A DNA stretch of 64,000 bases from an uncultured Pseudomonadales bacterium (lineage in GTDB: Bacteria; Patescibacteriota; Microgenomatia; UBA1400; CAYXSR01). The position numbers and the translations under genes were made by a program. Under the pieces are notes generated by a model. The model was not told where the DNA came from. It saw only the letters and a program-made list of their open reading frames with translations, and did not search any database. Within the stretch, counting starts at the first letter, position 1. Every line of letters begins with the position of its first letter. Of the stretch, positions 1 to 10,013 are shown in pieces. The DNA lies in the NCBI GenBank assembly GCA_964430265.1, contig CAYSEI010000005.1, forward strand, positions 14,784 through 78,783, given 5' to 3'.

Positions 1-760
1 ATTCAATTAAATTGATTAGGTGCTGACGTATGATAAAAACTATATATTTTTCTTGTAACAAAACAAGAAAGCAGCTTTTATCTCATCCATAAAGGAATCA
101 GTCGTTACGGGGTTATAACGGTAGCTTGTATTTCAAGCTTGGTATAACAAAGGGTTTGACTAAATTAATAAAAGTTCCAATGCTTTTTACTCTAATTCTG
201 ATGCGAAAATACTCTTTATCTTTATTAAGTGTACTCTCAATACCAAAATTGTTTTTTAAGAACTTTATCAATCTGTTTTGTTGTTCCACACTAAACTGTT
301 GTGAATTTAGATATACTGTATTATAACTTTTACTCCCATCATCCATAAACCAAACAGCTAAAGCTAGATTATCTAAACTCAAATCCTTGGGTATAATCTT
401 CACTCCCTTCTTATAAAATTGTTTATAAAAAGGAGTTAAACTTTCTAAACTTCTAGTAAAAAACCTGTAACAATTTCTACCGTTATTAAAGTAGTATGTT
501 GGTTTTGTTCTTACTAGGTTTTTCAGCTTATTATACTTCCAGATTACTAGTTTTTTCTGCTTTAAACTGTGTGTTATTTGGAGATGTGCATTATTTTTGC
601 AACGCATATATCCATCACCCAGTAAAGTGCCGACAACAACTGAACTTTGTTCTTCCGTTAAACTTCCCACGGGATTGCCTTTTAATATTATTTCATTATA
701 GCACTAATATTAGTAAGGTTCCCCCGTTATTAGTCAGTGTTTATACAGCACTTTAATGTT
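1..760 (-). mobile_element. 23S rRNA intron (probably group I), partial, carrying a homing endonuclease ORF; inserted near the E. coli 2500 region
   Basis: rRNA similarity stops after ...ACCTCAACACATCGGGG at about 760; non-rRNA structured sequence plus the LAGLIDADG ORF follows to the window edge. Confidence 0.5.
113..670 (-). CDS. LAGLIDADG homing endonuclease (intron-encoded, within 23S)
   Basis: 185 aa ORF with motif VVGTLLGDGYM (LAGLIDADG type) and a second DDGSK motif; embedded in 23S between rRNA blocks. Confidence 0.7.
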   Translation of the reverse strand: MGSLTEEQSSVVVGTLLGDGYMRCKNNAHLQITHSLKQKKLVIWKYNKLKNLVRTKPTYYFNNGRNCYRFFTRSLESLTPFYKQFYKKGVKIIPKDLSLDNLALAVWFMDDGSKSYNTVYLNSQQFSVEQQNRLIKFLKNNFGIESTLNKDKEYFRIRIRVKSIGTFINLVKPFVIPSLKYKLPL

Positions 761-1402
761 TCCATTAAAGGTCCCCGATGTGTTGAGGTCGCGAACCGAG
801 CCGTCGATATGAACTCTTGGGCCCGACCACGCTGTTATCCCCAAAGTAGCTTTTATCCGATAAGCTCCGCACTCATCCACAGAGTGCTGGAGGATCACTA
901 AGACCGAGTTTCCTCTCAGCTCCACGAGCTTGTGTCGCTGTTAAGCATGCTTTTACCTTTACACGTCCAGCCCGATTTCCATCCGGGCCAAGCATACCTT
1001 TGTGCGCTTGCGTTACCTTTTAGCAAGCAACCTCCCCAGTTAAACTGCCCACCAAACACTGTCCCTAGACCCGTTTAGGGTCCCTGGTTAGAGACCAACC
1101 TACCAAAGAGAGGTATTCCACTGACGGACTGACAAAGTCAGCCCTCCCTCCTATTCTCGACAGTTGGTAAATTGGCCCCAATGTCAAGCTACAGTAAAGC
1201 TTTATGGGGTCTTTTTGTCCTGCAGTAAGTAGGCCGCATCTTCACGGCCATTTCAATTTCACCGAGTCTATTTCCAAGACAGCTTCCAAGTCGTTAAACC
1301 TTTCATGCACGTCGGAACTTACCCGACACAGTTCTGTTACTTTATGACCCAAAAATTGGGCGGCATACTGTTTCCAGTATGCTCTACATGTCGCCATGTA
1401 GC

Positions 1403-2299
1403 TCAGACTATATCTTTCCAAATACTTTTAAAAGTCTTTGGACTTGGCGTATAGTCGTTGAGGATCCAGTGCAATCTTGAAATTCTTTTCCTCATTTTCT
1501 TCAGTTTAGAAGGATAAAGACAGCAAAAAATCTCTAGTGCTTTTTGCACTTCATTTTTGCTGTTAATTTCAAAGTGAAGCATTTTTTCCTTCACCCTTTT
1601 GTGTATATGACCCATTTTGAGAAAATCTTTAAAAAGATTTATTATCTTTTTTTCTCTCATTGCGATTGCAAAAAATGGTTGCATATATTGACCGCTTTGC
1701 TTTAAACCTACTGAACCTTCTGCATCAAAAATTAATTGTTCATAGCTTTTAATAGGCAAAGCTGTCTTCTTTATCTTCCTAAAAAGAACTCGTATTTCTT
1801 CTAATGATTTTTGTTGCTGTTTACTTCTTTTATAAGAAGTTCTTTCTTCAAGTAATCTAATAGCTTGATTGATCAAGGCTAATTTGCTGAATGTAATATC
1901 ACCTATAATTGGCGGATATTTTCTAAAGAAAAATAAAACTTTTTTTACTTTTCTTTTACCTCTAATAGAGAGGTTATATCCTCCGTTAGTTATAGTTATT
2001 ACTCCTTCATTTTCAACAATTACTTTATTAACCTCTCCTAAAAAATCTCTATCAGAGTTACTTATAGTAATATCTGGAGTATAATAAACACCTCCAGTTT
2101 TACTTTTCCGATTAGATAATTTTAGAAGAGAACAAGAAAGTTCTCCACAACAAAAACCCGTGTAGTAAAAGAATTTCTGCGCTGTTTCCTGCTGATTGTC
2201 CGGCATGTCATTTGACATCCAATGATGGATTTTCACTTTGATATTAGTATATATCAATAGTACCATCATATACACCCGGAGGTTCCAGCATATAGCCAA
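1403..2299 (-). CDS. LAGLIDADG-family homing endonuclease, double-motif and degenerate (intron-encoded)
   Basis: 298 aa ORF inside the 23S interruption; motifs GFCCGELSC and LIFDAEGSVG resemble two degenerate LAGLIDADG repeats; the true start is probably an internal Met. Confidence 0.55.
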   Translation of the reverse strand: MAICWNLRVYMMVLLIYTNIKVKIHHWMSNDMPDNQQETAQKFFYYTGFCCGELSCSLLKLSNRKSKTGGVYYTPDITISNSDRDFLGEVNKVIVENEGVITITNGGYNLSIRGKRKVKKVLFFFRKYPPIIGDITFSKLALINQAIRLLEERTSYKRSKQQQKSLEEIRVLFRKIKKTALPIKSYEQLIFDAEGSVGLKQSGQYMQPFFAIAMREKKIINLFKDFLKMGHIHKRVKEKMLHFEINSKNEVQKALEIFCCLYPSKLKKMRKRISRLHWILNDYTPSPKTFKSIWKDIV

Positions 2300-2441
2300 G
2301 TTCTCCCTCTAAGCCTAAAGCCTAAAAGGACCCCTGTAGTGAGGTACTTCGCTCATAAAGTTATTTTATAACTTACGTAGTGTTAACCTTAAAGGTGCTT
2401 TTACGCTTTTAAAAGCTCTCTTAGTCGCCTAAGAGTTCGGA

Positions 2442-2975
2442 CTATATCTTCCCATTTCTAAAATGGGTCCTACGTATAGTCTCTGAGGATGTTAAAAACT
2501 TTGGGATTTTCTGTTCGTTTATCCGATAAGATATTCTGGCAATTTTTTCAATTCCTTCCAATTTTAAGTGGATTTTCTCTTCAACCATAAGTTGAACCAC
2601 CTCAGAAAAAAGATCAAAGGACTTTGCTTTGTAGGTCCTTAATCTATTTTTCTTAAAAAACGGAATTATCTTTTTGCTCAGATCTTTAAGACTTCTAACA
2701 CAATATCTGTGTAAGTCTTCTTTGTGATTGTCATGTCTTCGATTAATAAAAATTCTCCCACATCTAAAATAGTCTTTTACTATTTCTAATGCTTTAAAAC
2801 TCTTTTCGCCTTGCGTTAAAACAAATTCTGGCATTACTTGCCAGCCAAGACGAGTAGTACGATTTTTATTAATAGAAACACAAAAACAACCATCTCCATC
2901 GGTAAAACCAACAATCCATCCTTCAAGCTTTAACCTTTCCTGCTGATTGTCCGCACTTGAATCATTTTCACTCAT
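2442..2975 (-). CDS. LAGLIDADG homing endonuclease (intron-encoded)
   Basis: 177 aa ORF with GWIVGFTDGDGCFCVSI (canonical LAGLIDADG block); embedded in 23S. Confidence 0.75.
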   Translation of the reverse strand: MSENDSSADNQQERLKLEGWIVGFTDGDGCFCVSINKNRTTRLGWQVMPEFVLTQGEKSFKALEIVKDYFRCGRIFINRRHDNHKEDLHRYCVRSLKDLSKKIIPFFKKNRLRTYKAKSFDLFSEVVQLMVEEKIHLKLEGIEKIARISYRINEQKIPKFLTSSETIRRTHFRNGKI

Positions 2976-4532
2976 AATTAAGTAAAATCTAGCACATAGT
3001 TATGAGTAGATCAAGATACACGGAGTTTCCAGCATATAGTAGGATTTTACTATGGCAGCGAATTCTACCATAGAACAGTTATAGTTACTGCTGCCGTTCA
3101 CCGGAGCTTATACCAAAGGCTATCTTACAAAGTAAGACCACCCTCAGCACTTAACTTACCGGCACTGGGCAGGTATCAGCCCCTATACATCCTCTTTCGA
3201 GTTAGCAGAGACCTGTGTTTTTGTTAAACAGTCGCTTGGAAATCTTTAGCTGCGACTTTCCTTATGCAAGCACAAGGAAAGTAGGGCATCTTCCGAAGTT
3301 ACGCCCAGCTTGATTGCCGAGTTCCTTGGAAATAGTTCTCTCGCTCATCTTCCCATTCTCAGGGTGTCCACCAGTGTCGGTAATGAGGTACGGTTTCTGT
3401 TCTTCCTCCTTACGACGCTTTTCCCGGATGCAGAATTGTTTCAACTCATCTCCTTGAAACAAGGAAATTTGCATTCGTTACTCAACATTAACGTCACTAC
3501 GGATTTACCTATAGTGACTGTTTTGTAGCTTAGACTCGGCAACTTCATCGCCGAGCTTGAATTGTCCCGCATCGTCACGCCTTAAGTAATATCGCAAAAA
3601 CAGAAGTACAGGAATATTAACCTGTTGTCCATCGACTACGCCGTTTGGCCTCGCCTTAGGACCGACTAACCCAACGCCGACGAACGTTGCGTTGGAAACC
3701 TTGGACATTACGATGTTCTGGATTCTCACCAGAATTTCGTTACTCATACCGGCATTCTCGCATCTGACAACTCCATCCCTAGCTCACGCCGGAACTTCAA
3801 TGTCGTCAGATCGCTCCCCTACCGCAGGCTACTATCCGAAGATAATAACCTACCCCTATTTTCGGTCCAGTACTTATTCTCATTAAATCTTAGGCGCCAC
3901 AAATCCTAGACCAGTGAGCTGTTACGCTTTCTTTCAAGGATGGCTGCTTCTAAGCCGACCTCCTGGCTGTCTGAGATTTATGACTTCCTTTTACTTAGTA
4001 CTGAGTTAGAGACCTTAAATGAGGGTCTGGGATGTTTCCCTTTCGCAACTGGAGCTTAGCCCCCAGTCACTGAGTGCACTAATCTTCACAAGAGTATTCG
4101 GAGTTTGGTTGATTACAGGAACTTGAAAGCTCCTGCAACCATCCAGTGCTCTACCTCTCTAGTTTAAATTAGAACCCTATACCTAAATATATTTCGGGGA
4201 GAACCAGCTATCTCCGAGCTCGATTAGCATGTTACTACGACCCACAGATCATCTTAAGCATTTGCATTTGCCACAAGTTCGGGCTTCCCCCTGGCTTTCG
4301 CCAGAGTTCACCCTGTCCATGGGTAGCTCGCCCGGTTTCGGGTCTTTTGAATTGCGCTGAACGCCTTATTCAGACTCGGTTTCCCTACGCCTTCACTACA
4401 GAGTAGTTTAGACTCGCACTAATTCAAAAACTCGCCGGTTCATTCTTCAATAGGCACGCCATCACCCACGATAAATCGGGGCTCTGACCGCTTGTTAGCA
4501 AACAGTTTCAGATTCTATTTCACTCCCCTCCC

Positions 4533-4566
<34 letters not shown>

Positions 4567-5183
4567 ACACTATCGGTGATTTTCTGTATTTAGCCTTGGG
4601 AGAGTGGTTCTCCCGGATTCCCACAAAAGTTGCATCAATCGTGGTACTCAGGAACTTTACACTGTCGTAATCAATTTTTGGGTACGGGACGTTCGCCCTC
4701 TTTGGTTGTTCAATTCCGGAACATTCCCCTAATTTTTCCGACATAAAAGTAAAGCCCTGCAACCCCAGCCGATATGGCTGGTTTGGGCTGTTCCGTTTTC
4801 GCTCGTCGCTACTAACGGAATCGATTTTCTTTCTCTTCCTCCAGGTACTAAGATATTTCAGTTCCCTGGGTTATCTCCTAACTACCTATGTATTCAGTAG
4901 TTGGTGTCAAGGCTTTACAGCCAAGACAGGTTTCCCCATTCGGATACCACCGGATCAAAGCTTTTTTGGCAGCTCCCCGGCGCTTTTCGCAGCCTAGTGC
5001 GTCCTTCATCGTCAGAAAATCCCATAGGCATTCACTGTTTGCTTTAATTGGAATAATTAACTAAAAAATCATTCCATCTATTCCACCTGACGGCGGACAC
5101 TAAATTGTTTTGAAAACAAAACAAGATAGGTTAGATAAGCAATCTCTTCACTTTTCAAAGAGCAATCCAAAGTTTAATTTGGG

Positions 5184-5256
5184 TGGACCCGAGCGGGTTT
5201 GAACCGCTGACCTCCACTGTGCAAGAGTGGTGCTCTCCCAACTGAGCTACAGGCCC
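5184..5256 (-). tRNA. tRNA-Ala (anticodon TGC)
   Basis: Reverse complement GGGCCTGTAGCTCAGTTGGGAGAGCACCACTCTTGCACAGTGGAGGTCAGCGGTTCAAACCCGCTCGGGTCCA folds as a cloverleaf with anticodon loop CTTGCAC; sits just upstream of the 23S 5' end. Confidence 0.9.
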
Positions 5257-5437
5257 ATAAAAAAAGCCTCCGTAAAGGAGACTCTATTCTTAATCCGCTT
5301 TGGGATTAAAACACTACATTTTGCCTTGGTAACCTATTTTGAATTTTGATTTACAAAGCAATTCACACATATATATTTTTGCAAGTCTCCTTACAAAGCT
5401 TAGAATACCAAAACATAGGGGGTAAGTCAAGCAGCAA

Positions 5438-6130
5438 TTATTTAAAAATGTATGCTGGAATTCCCAGTATTAAAAGAAGTGCTCCCAAAGCTAAAAATGC
5501 AAAAGTATATTCAATAGTTCCGGACTCCGGCAAAGCTGAAGGTGTCGCATCTTCATCAGTTCCACCTCCGACACCCGCATCTTCCGATGCTTCCGGTGAC
5601 GGAGAGGCTGTTACTGTTCCTTCTCCTAAAGTATAGCTGCCATCTACATTTGCACTACAAACTATTATATCTGTTGGGGTTGGATCATTAATTCCTGAAT
5701 CTGTACTGTCTCCTGCAGTACAATCAAAAGTCAGTGCGGCTGTTCCACTTGTGCTTTTGGCTTCAACTATCATAGTTGCCAAAGTCCCGGTTCCCGTTTT
5801 ACTCTCCAAAGAAGAACCCAAAGAAAGATTTGCATTTATGATTACTTGACTGGAGTAAATATTGTGTGAAACATCATCAAAGAAACTTCCTCCCTCAATA
5901 GATGTAACTTCTAATTTTGATGAGTCAAAGTTAATTACTGCTTTAGCGCTTTTTGCCTCTTGTCCTCCAGTATCTATTAAAACATCAATTTCACTTCCAG
6001 ATGTTTCTATTGTTCCACTGGTCGGAGAAAATTCCAAGTGAGGGTCTGCTGCAAAAGCATTAGTAGCAAAAACTGTTAGCAAAAAAACTGTACTCAAAAT
6101 GTATAGGCAGGTTCTTTTCATAATATTCAT
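5438..6130 (-). CDS. Secreted cohesin-like domain protein with a C-terminal LPxTG-like (LPESG) sorting signal
   Basis: Signal peptide MNIMKRTCLYILSTVFLLTVFATNAFA; cohesin-like pattern AVINFDSSKLEVTSIEGGSFF...ATMIVEAKSTSGTAALTF; C-terminus LPESG followed by a hydrophobic TM and terminal K. Confidence 0.55.
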   Translation of the reverse strand: MNIMKRTCLYILSTVFLLTVFATNAFAADPHLEFSPTSGTIETSGSEIDVLIDTGGQEAKSAKAVINFDSSKLEVTSIEGGSFFDDVSHNIYSSQVIINANLSLGSSLESKTGTGTLATMIVEAKSTSGTAALTFDCTAGDSTDSGINDPTPTDIIVCSANVDGSYTLGEGTVTASPSPEASEDAGVGGGTDEDATPSALPESGTIEYTFAFLALGALLLILGIPAYIFK

Positions 6131-6135
6131 TATAA

Positions 6136-6759
6136 TTATTTTATGCTGATTGTCAAAGGTCCAATTTGACCCAACAGCTCTTTACCTCCGTAAGCAGCCA
6201 TACTACTTTCTTTTTGATTAATGCCTATCTTTACTGTTCCTTCCTCTTTTGGAACAATAGTATAGGTTGTTAAAAGTTCATTATTCATCGGCTTTTCTAC
6301 ATTCAATTCTTGAATAGTAATTATTTGCGCTTCACCCTTTTGATTGTCAATTTCATTTTTCAAATAAGTAAAAAACTGCCCAGGTATCGGATTCTGGAGT
6401 TCAATTTTGTCCGGATTATATTCTAAAATATATTCCACACCATCAATTATTTCCCCATTTCCATCCCCATAAACAGAAATTTGAAAACCTTCGTTTACAT
6501 TATATGTATTTCTATCACTTGTTATATATATCCTAGCATTTTCTTTTACCTCTACATCAGTAGAGATTACTTCCTGCTTCCCTTTATCAGGAATTTCCTT
6601 AATAACCTTTTTTTGCGGAGCTTTTTTTTCTTTTTTAAAGTCACCAGGTCTAAACTCTTTGATTGTAGAAATTTCTCCTGTATATAGATAGTATCCTATT
6701 ATACCCATAATTAAACTAGTCAAAAGTATTAAACTATAGCTGATTAGCTTTTTTTTCAT
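6136..6759 (-). CDS. Membrane-anchored cohesin-like domain protein
   Basis: N-terminal TM (LISYSLILLTSLIMGIIGYYLY); cohesin-like core GEIIDGVEYILEYNPDKIELQNPIPGQFFTY. Confidence 0.45.
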   Translation of the reverse strand: MKKKLISYSLILLTSLIMGIIGYYLYTGEISTIKEFRPGDFKKEKKAPQKKVIKEIPDKGKQEVISTDVEVKENARIYITSDRNTYNVNEGFQISVYGDGNGEIIDGVEYILEYNPDKIELQNPIPGQFFTYLKNEIDNQKGEAQIITIQELNVEKPMNNELLTTYTIVPKEEGTVKIGINQKESSMAAYGGKELLGQIGPLTISIK

Positions 6760-6771
6760 TTTCTCTGCTCC

Positions 6772-9039
6772 TTATTCATCATCTTGCTTATGTGTTATTG
6801 TTTTTTGGAATAAGTATTTATCTGTGTCATCCACAACTCCATTAAAGTTGCCGTCTGCTGCCCAACATCCCTTATCTCCGGCATAATCACCCTCGGCCTC
6901 ATATTTGTCATCTCCAGCCTTACTATTCATGCATTCCTTTATTATAGAATAGTCTTTTACTCCCACAACATGATCCTCATCAACATCTCCAAATTCCATA
7001 GGCTGGATTTGTTCTCCTTCATCCACTAAGGAAAAGTTGAGTGTTTTTTCTTCTCCGCTTGTTATCTGAATATAATCGCTCCTAGAACAAAGGTCATTAA
7101 TTCCTTGATTTTCACTGCAAAATCTTATTCTACGGTGATTTGGTCCCTTGATTAAGAAGTTGTATCCTCCAGTCAACATGGAATGAGTATCAAAAGTAAA
7201 CGTTTTGTGGTAATTTTTTGTATCCGGATTGTATTCAAAGTCAAAGTAGTCGGCAATAATATAAGTGTTGTCTTCCGCTTGAATTGCAAACTGAACCTCT
7301 AAGTTTCTGTATCTGTCTCTTAAATTACAATACCTGGGATCACAATCTTCATCAAGACAGCAATAATCATTATTATTAGCCGGTACACCGTCAAATTTAA
7401 CCTGTATATTAAGTTTAGTTATATCACTATCATCACTTGGCGATGGACTTGGATTTGAGGAAGGACTTGGACTTGGTAACGGAGATCCGCACACATATCC
7501 AGCCTGGAAACAAGTCCCATTACACACTACACAACCAAATTCCTCTGGACAACCCATACTTGCCAAATCTCCTACAGGACAACAACCGCTCTCTGGATTA
7601 GAAGCACAGTCAAAATCATAACAATCCGTATCGCCATCACAATCATTATCTTTTTGATCACTACAATCCTCAGTCGCACCAGGATAAACATTTCTGTCAT
7701 TGTCATCACAGTCTTGTCCACCACATTCAATATTTACATATTCGTCTGCATCCATATCAGTGGTACAAATTCCATTAGTACAACAAACATCACCTTCAGA
7801 ACAAGCTCTACCATTACAATCTAAATCAGCACAATCGATTTTTCCGTCTCCATCATTATCTTGCGAGTCCGAACAATTCTGTTCAGCTGTTGATGTTGAT
7901 GGGCTTGGTGATGCCTGAGGAACACATTCTGCTGCATTACATGTTTCACCCGTTCCACAAGAAACTCCACATCCGCCGCAATTATTTTCATCAGTAAGTA
8001 AATCGGCTTCACAACCATCCCCCCAGTTATTATTGCAATTATCAAAACCACATTCACAATTACAGCTCTTAAATGCCTCTACTTCTCCCCAATCAATTCT
8101 GTCAAACCACTCCTTAAAACTCCATTTAAAATTAGCTATTGTTCCTTCGCCAGGCTTGTATCTTGTCTGCCAGACATTTGTTCCCTGTACAATAGCTGAG
8201 TAGTAATATCCGTCTTCCTCTCTTTTATATGTTGAAAAAGCACCAATTGAATTATCAGCACTAAAAGTATTAATTCCTTCCCAATCTACATTGTCTACCC
8301 AATTGGAAAAATCCCATTTTAAGTTTGCTTTTGTTCCTTCAGCGGGTTTGTATTTTGTCTGCCAGACATTTGTTCCCTGCGTTATCATAGTATAGTAGTA
8401 GCCGTCTTCATCAATTTTATATATACTCATAGCCTCTATACGGTCATTAGTATTAAAAGGATCAATTCCATTCCAGTCTATTTTGCTTGCCCATTCTTTG
8501 AAACTCCATTTAAATGTTGCTTTTGTTCCTTCAGCAGGTTTGTATTTTGTCTGCCAGACATTTGTTCCCTGCGTTATCATAGTATAGTAGTAGCCATCTT
8601 CATCAATTTTAAATATCGCCATAGAATCAATCGGGTCATTAATACTAAAAGGATCAATTCCGTTCCAGTCTATTCTGCTTGACCATTCTTGGAAGTTCCA
8701 CTTAAAAGTTGCAACTGTTCCTTCCCCAGCCTTGTATTTTGTCTGCCAGATATTATTGTCTTCAGTCAGCATAGTATAATAGTAACCGTCTTCATCAAGT
8801 CTGAATTGTGCAATTGAATCAAGGTTTTCACTGGGTGCAAAATCACCAATGCAAACAGCATTTGCCCCGCAGTCCTGATCTTCACTGCAAGACTCCTGCA
8901 CATAAACTTCCGGTTCTTTTGTGGGAGTTTTCATCGCCTGCCAAACACTGTATCCTGAACCAACCACTACTGCCAAGCTGAAGATATATACAGCTTTTTT
9001 TAGAAATCCTGGTTTTTGTTCTATATTTATTTTATCCAT
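6772..9039 (-). CDS. Large secreted Cys/Asp-rich surface protein: N-terminal signal anchor, 4 tandem 64-aa Trp-rich repeats, MopE-like metal-binding Cys motifs, PS-rich linkers, C-terminal dockerin-like Ca-binding loop
   Basis: 755 aa. Repeats DEDGYYYTM..WQTKYK..EGT.A.FKW.F.EW...IDWNGIDPF occur four times. Motifs CSDQKDNDCDGDTDC and FDNCNNNWGDGCEADL; linkers SPSPSTSTA and PSPSPSSNPSPSPS; C-terminus ADGNFNGVVDDTDKYLF (dockerin-like D-x-N-x-D-G-x-V-x-D). Confidence 0.5.
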   Translation of the reverse strand: MDKINIEQKPGFLKKAVYIFSLAVVVGSGYSVWQAMKTPTKEPEVYVQESCSEDQDCGANAVCIGDFAPSENLDSIAQFRLDEDGYYYTMLTEDNNIWQTKYKAGEGTVATFKWNFQEWSSRIDWNGIDPFSINDPIDSMAIFKIDEDGYYYTMITQGTNVWQTKYKPAEGTKATFKWSFKEWASKIDWNGIDPFNTNDRIEAMSIYKIDEDGYYYTMITQGTNVWQTKYKPAEGTKANLKWDFSNWVDNVDWEGINTFSADNSIGAFSTYKREEDGYYYSAIVQGTNVWQTRYKPGEGTIANFKWSFKEWFDRIDWGEVEAFKSCNCECGFDNCNNNWGDGCEADLLTDENNCGGCGVSCGTGETCNAAECVPQASPSPSTSTAEQNCSDSQDNDGDGKIDCADLDCNGRACSEGDVCCTNGICTTDMDADEYVNIECGGQDCDDNDRNVYPGATEDCSDQKDNDCDGDTDCYDFDCASNPESGCCPVGDLASMGCPEEFGCVVCNGTCFQAGYVCGSPLPSPSPSSNPSPSPSDDSDITKLNIQVKFDGVPANNNDYCCLDEDCDPRYCNLRDRYRNLEVQFAIQAEDNTYIIADYFDFEYNPDTKNYHKTFTFDTHSMLTGGYNFLIKGPNHRRIRFCSENQGINDLCSRSDYIQITSGEEKTLNFSLVDEGEQIQPMEFGDVDEDHVVGVKDYSIIKECMNSKAGDDKYEAEGDYAGDKGCWAADGNFNGVVDDTDKYLFQKTITHKQDDE
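8065..8796 (-). repeat. Four tandem repeats of about 192 bp (intragenic, encoding the 64-aa Trp-rich module); two copies nearly identical at the DNA level
   Basis: Near-identical stretches ccttcagc.ggtttgtattttgtctgccagacatttgttccctgcgttatcatagtatagtagtagcc at about 8336-8410 and about 8529-8600; protein period is 64 aa. Confidence 0.8.
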
Positions 9040-9955
9040 TTCTTTGATAATTTCTTAAATCAACTTCACAACCATTACTCCAATCGTGATCACAGTTGTC
9101 AAAAGGAACCTCGCATTCACATTCTCCGTCTGCATTCAAATCTGCATTAGGTCCACAAACATCTTTAATACTATATGCTTCACATTGCTGTGTATCTGTA
9201 TTCCAACACAAATTCGGACCACAGTTACAACCTTCTGAAATTACTTGAGCACAAGTCATATCCGGATTTTTTGCATATCCACATCTATCCTTGCATGAAT
9301 TGGGAAAGTCTATTTTCCAACTCCCTCCTCCTTGATCACAAATCTCTTGCGGATCCAAGTTTTGATCTGCAGAGGGAATTTGTACACTATTTGCACTTGA
9401 TAATGACTGGTCTATAACATTACCGCCTGAAGTTCCAGCCAACTGGACTGCAGTTTCTGACAAAGAAATTGAAACATTTGCGTCCCGCGTATTATCCAAA
9501 ACATTAAAAGTGACATCTACAAATTTTTCTGGATCAGCTGAAGAATGGCTGATTGCACTTGCTTCATCAGTTACAAAAAGAAAAATATATTTTCCTGCAT
9601 TACCTGCCAAAGGATGGCTAAGAAAGTTTCCCCGAGATGTATGTCCGCTCTTGCCGGCATATTCAAGAATACTTTCATCCCATTGCAAAACCACAGCTGC
9701 AGAATAATAACTGTCATTGGGATGTGTAGCCAAATTAACTGAAACTTTAACTTGTTCTCCTATTGACGGCAAAGTAGAAGCGCCTGTTTCAACTTCAAAA
9801 TATGCTTGATTTTCTGTTGAAACCGGATATAGCTCGGGGGTTTTGGGAGTTTTTGTTTCTAAAATATTTTTTAAAATTAAAGAAGATGCAAAAACAAGTA
9901 ATAAACTAAAAATTAGAAATAATGTTTTATCGTCTTTTATTAATCTTTTCTGCAT
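9032..9955 (-). CDS. Membrane-anchored protein with an N-terminal cohesin-like domain and a C-terminal Cys-rich module
   Basis: TM LFLIFSLLLVFASSLIL; cohesin-like AAVVLQWDESILEYAG...YIFLFVTDEA...FVDVTFNVL; C-terminus CDQGGGSW...FDNCDHDWSNGCEVDL shares the FDNC..W..GCE.DL motif with the 755-aa neighbour. Confidence 0.45.
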   Translation of the reverse strand: MQKRLIKDDKTLFLIFSLLLVFASSLILKNILETKTPKTPELYPVSTENQAYFEVETGASTLPSIGEQVKVSVNLATHPNDSYYSAAVVLQWDESILEYAGKSGHTSRGNFLSHPLAGNAGKYIFLFVTDEASAISHSSADPEKFVDVTFNVLDNTRDANVSISLSETAVQLAGTSGGNVIDQSLSSANSVQIPSADQNLDPQEICDQGGGSWKIDFPNSCKDRCGYAKNPDMTCAQVISEGCNCGPNLCWNTDTQQCEAYSIKDVCGPNADLNADGECECEVPFDNCDHDWSNGCEVDLRNYQRNG

Positions 9956-10013
9956 TTAAATTTTGCCTCTAATATTTCATTATATGTAAATAACAATTTG
10001 CATGCAACTTTCT

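Larger units (their letters stand above)
1346..3060 (-). mobile_element. Two adjacent (or nested) 23S introns at the helix 69 / position 1917-1931 region, each with a homing endonuclease ORF
   Basis: The exon block ends at ...ACTATAACTGTTCTA (about 3061) and resumes at TGTCGGGTAAGTTCC (about 1345). The intervening 1.7 kb has two HE ORFs and a repeated motif CGGAG(G/T)TTCCAGCATATAG at about 2279 and about 3023. Confidence 0.5.
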
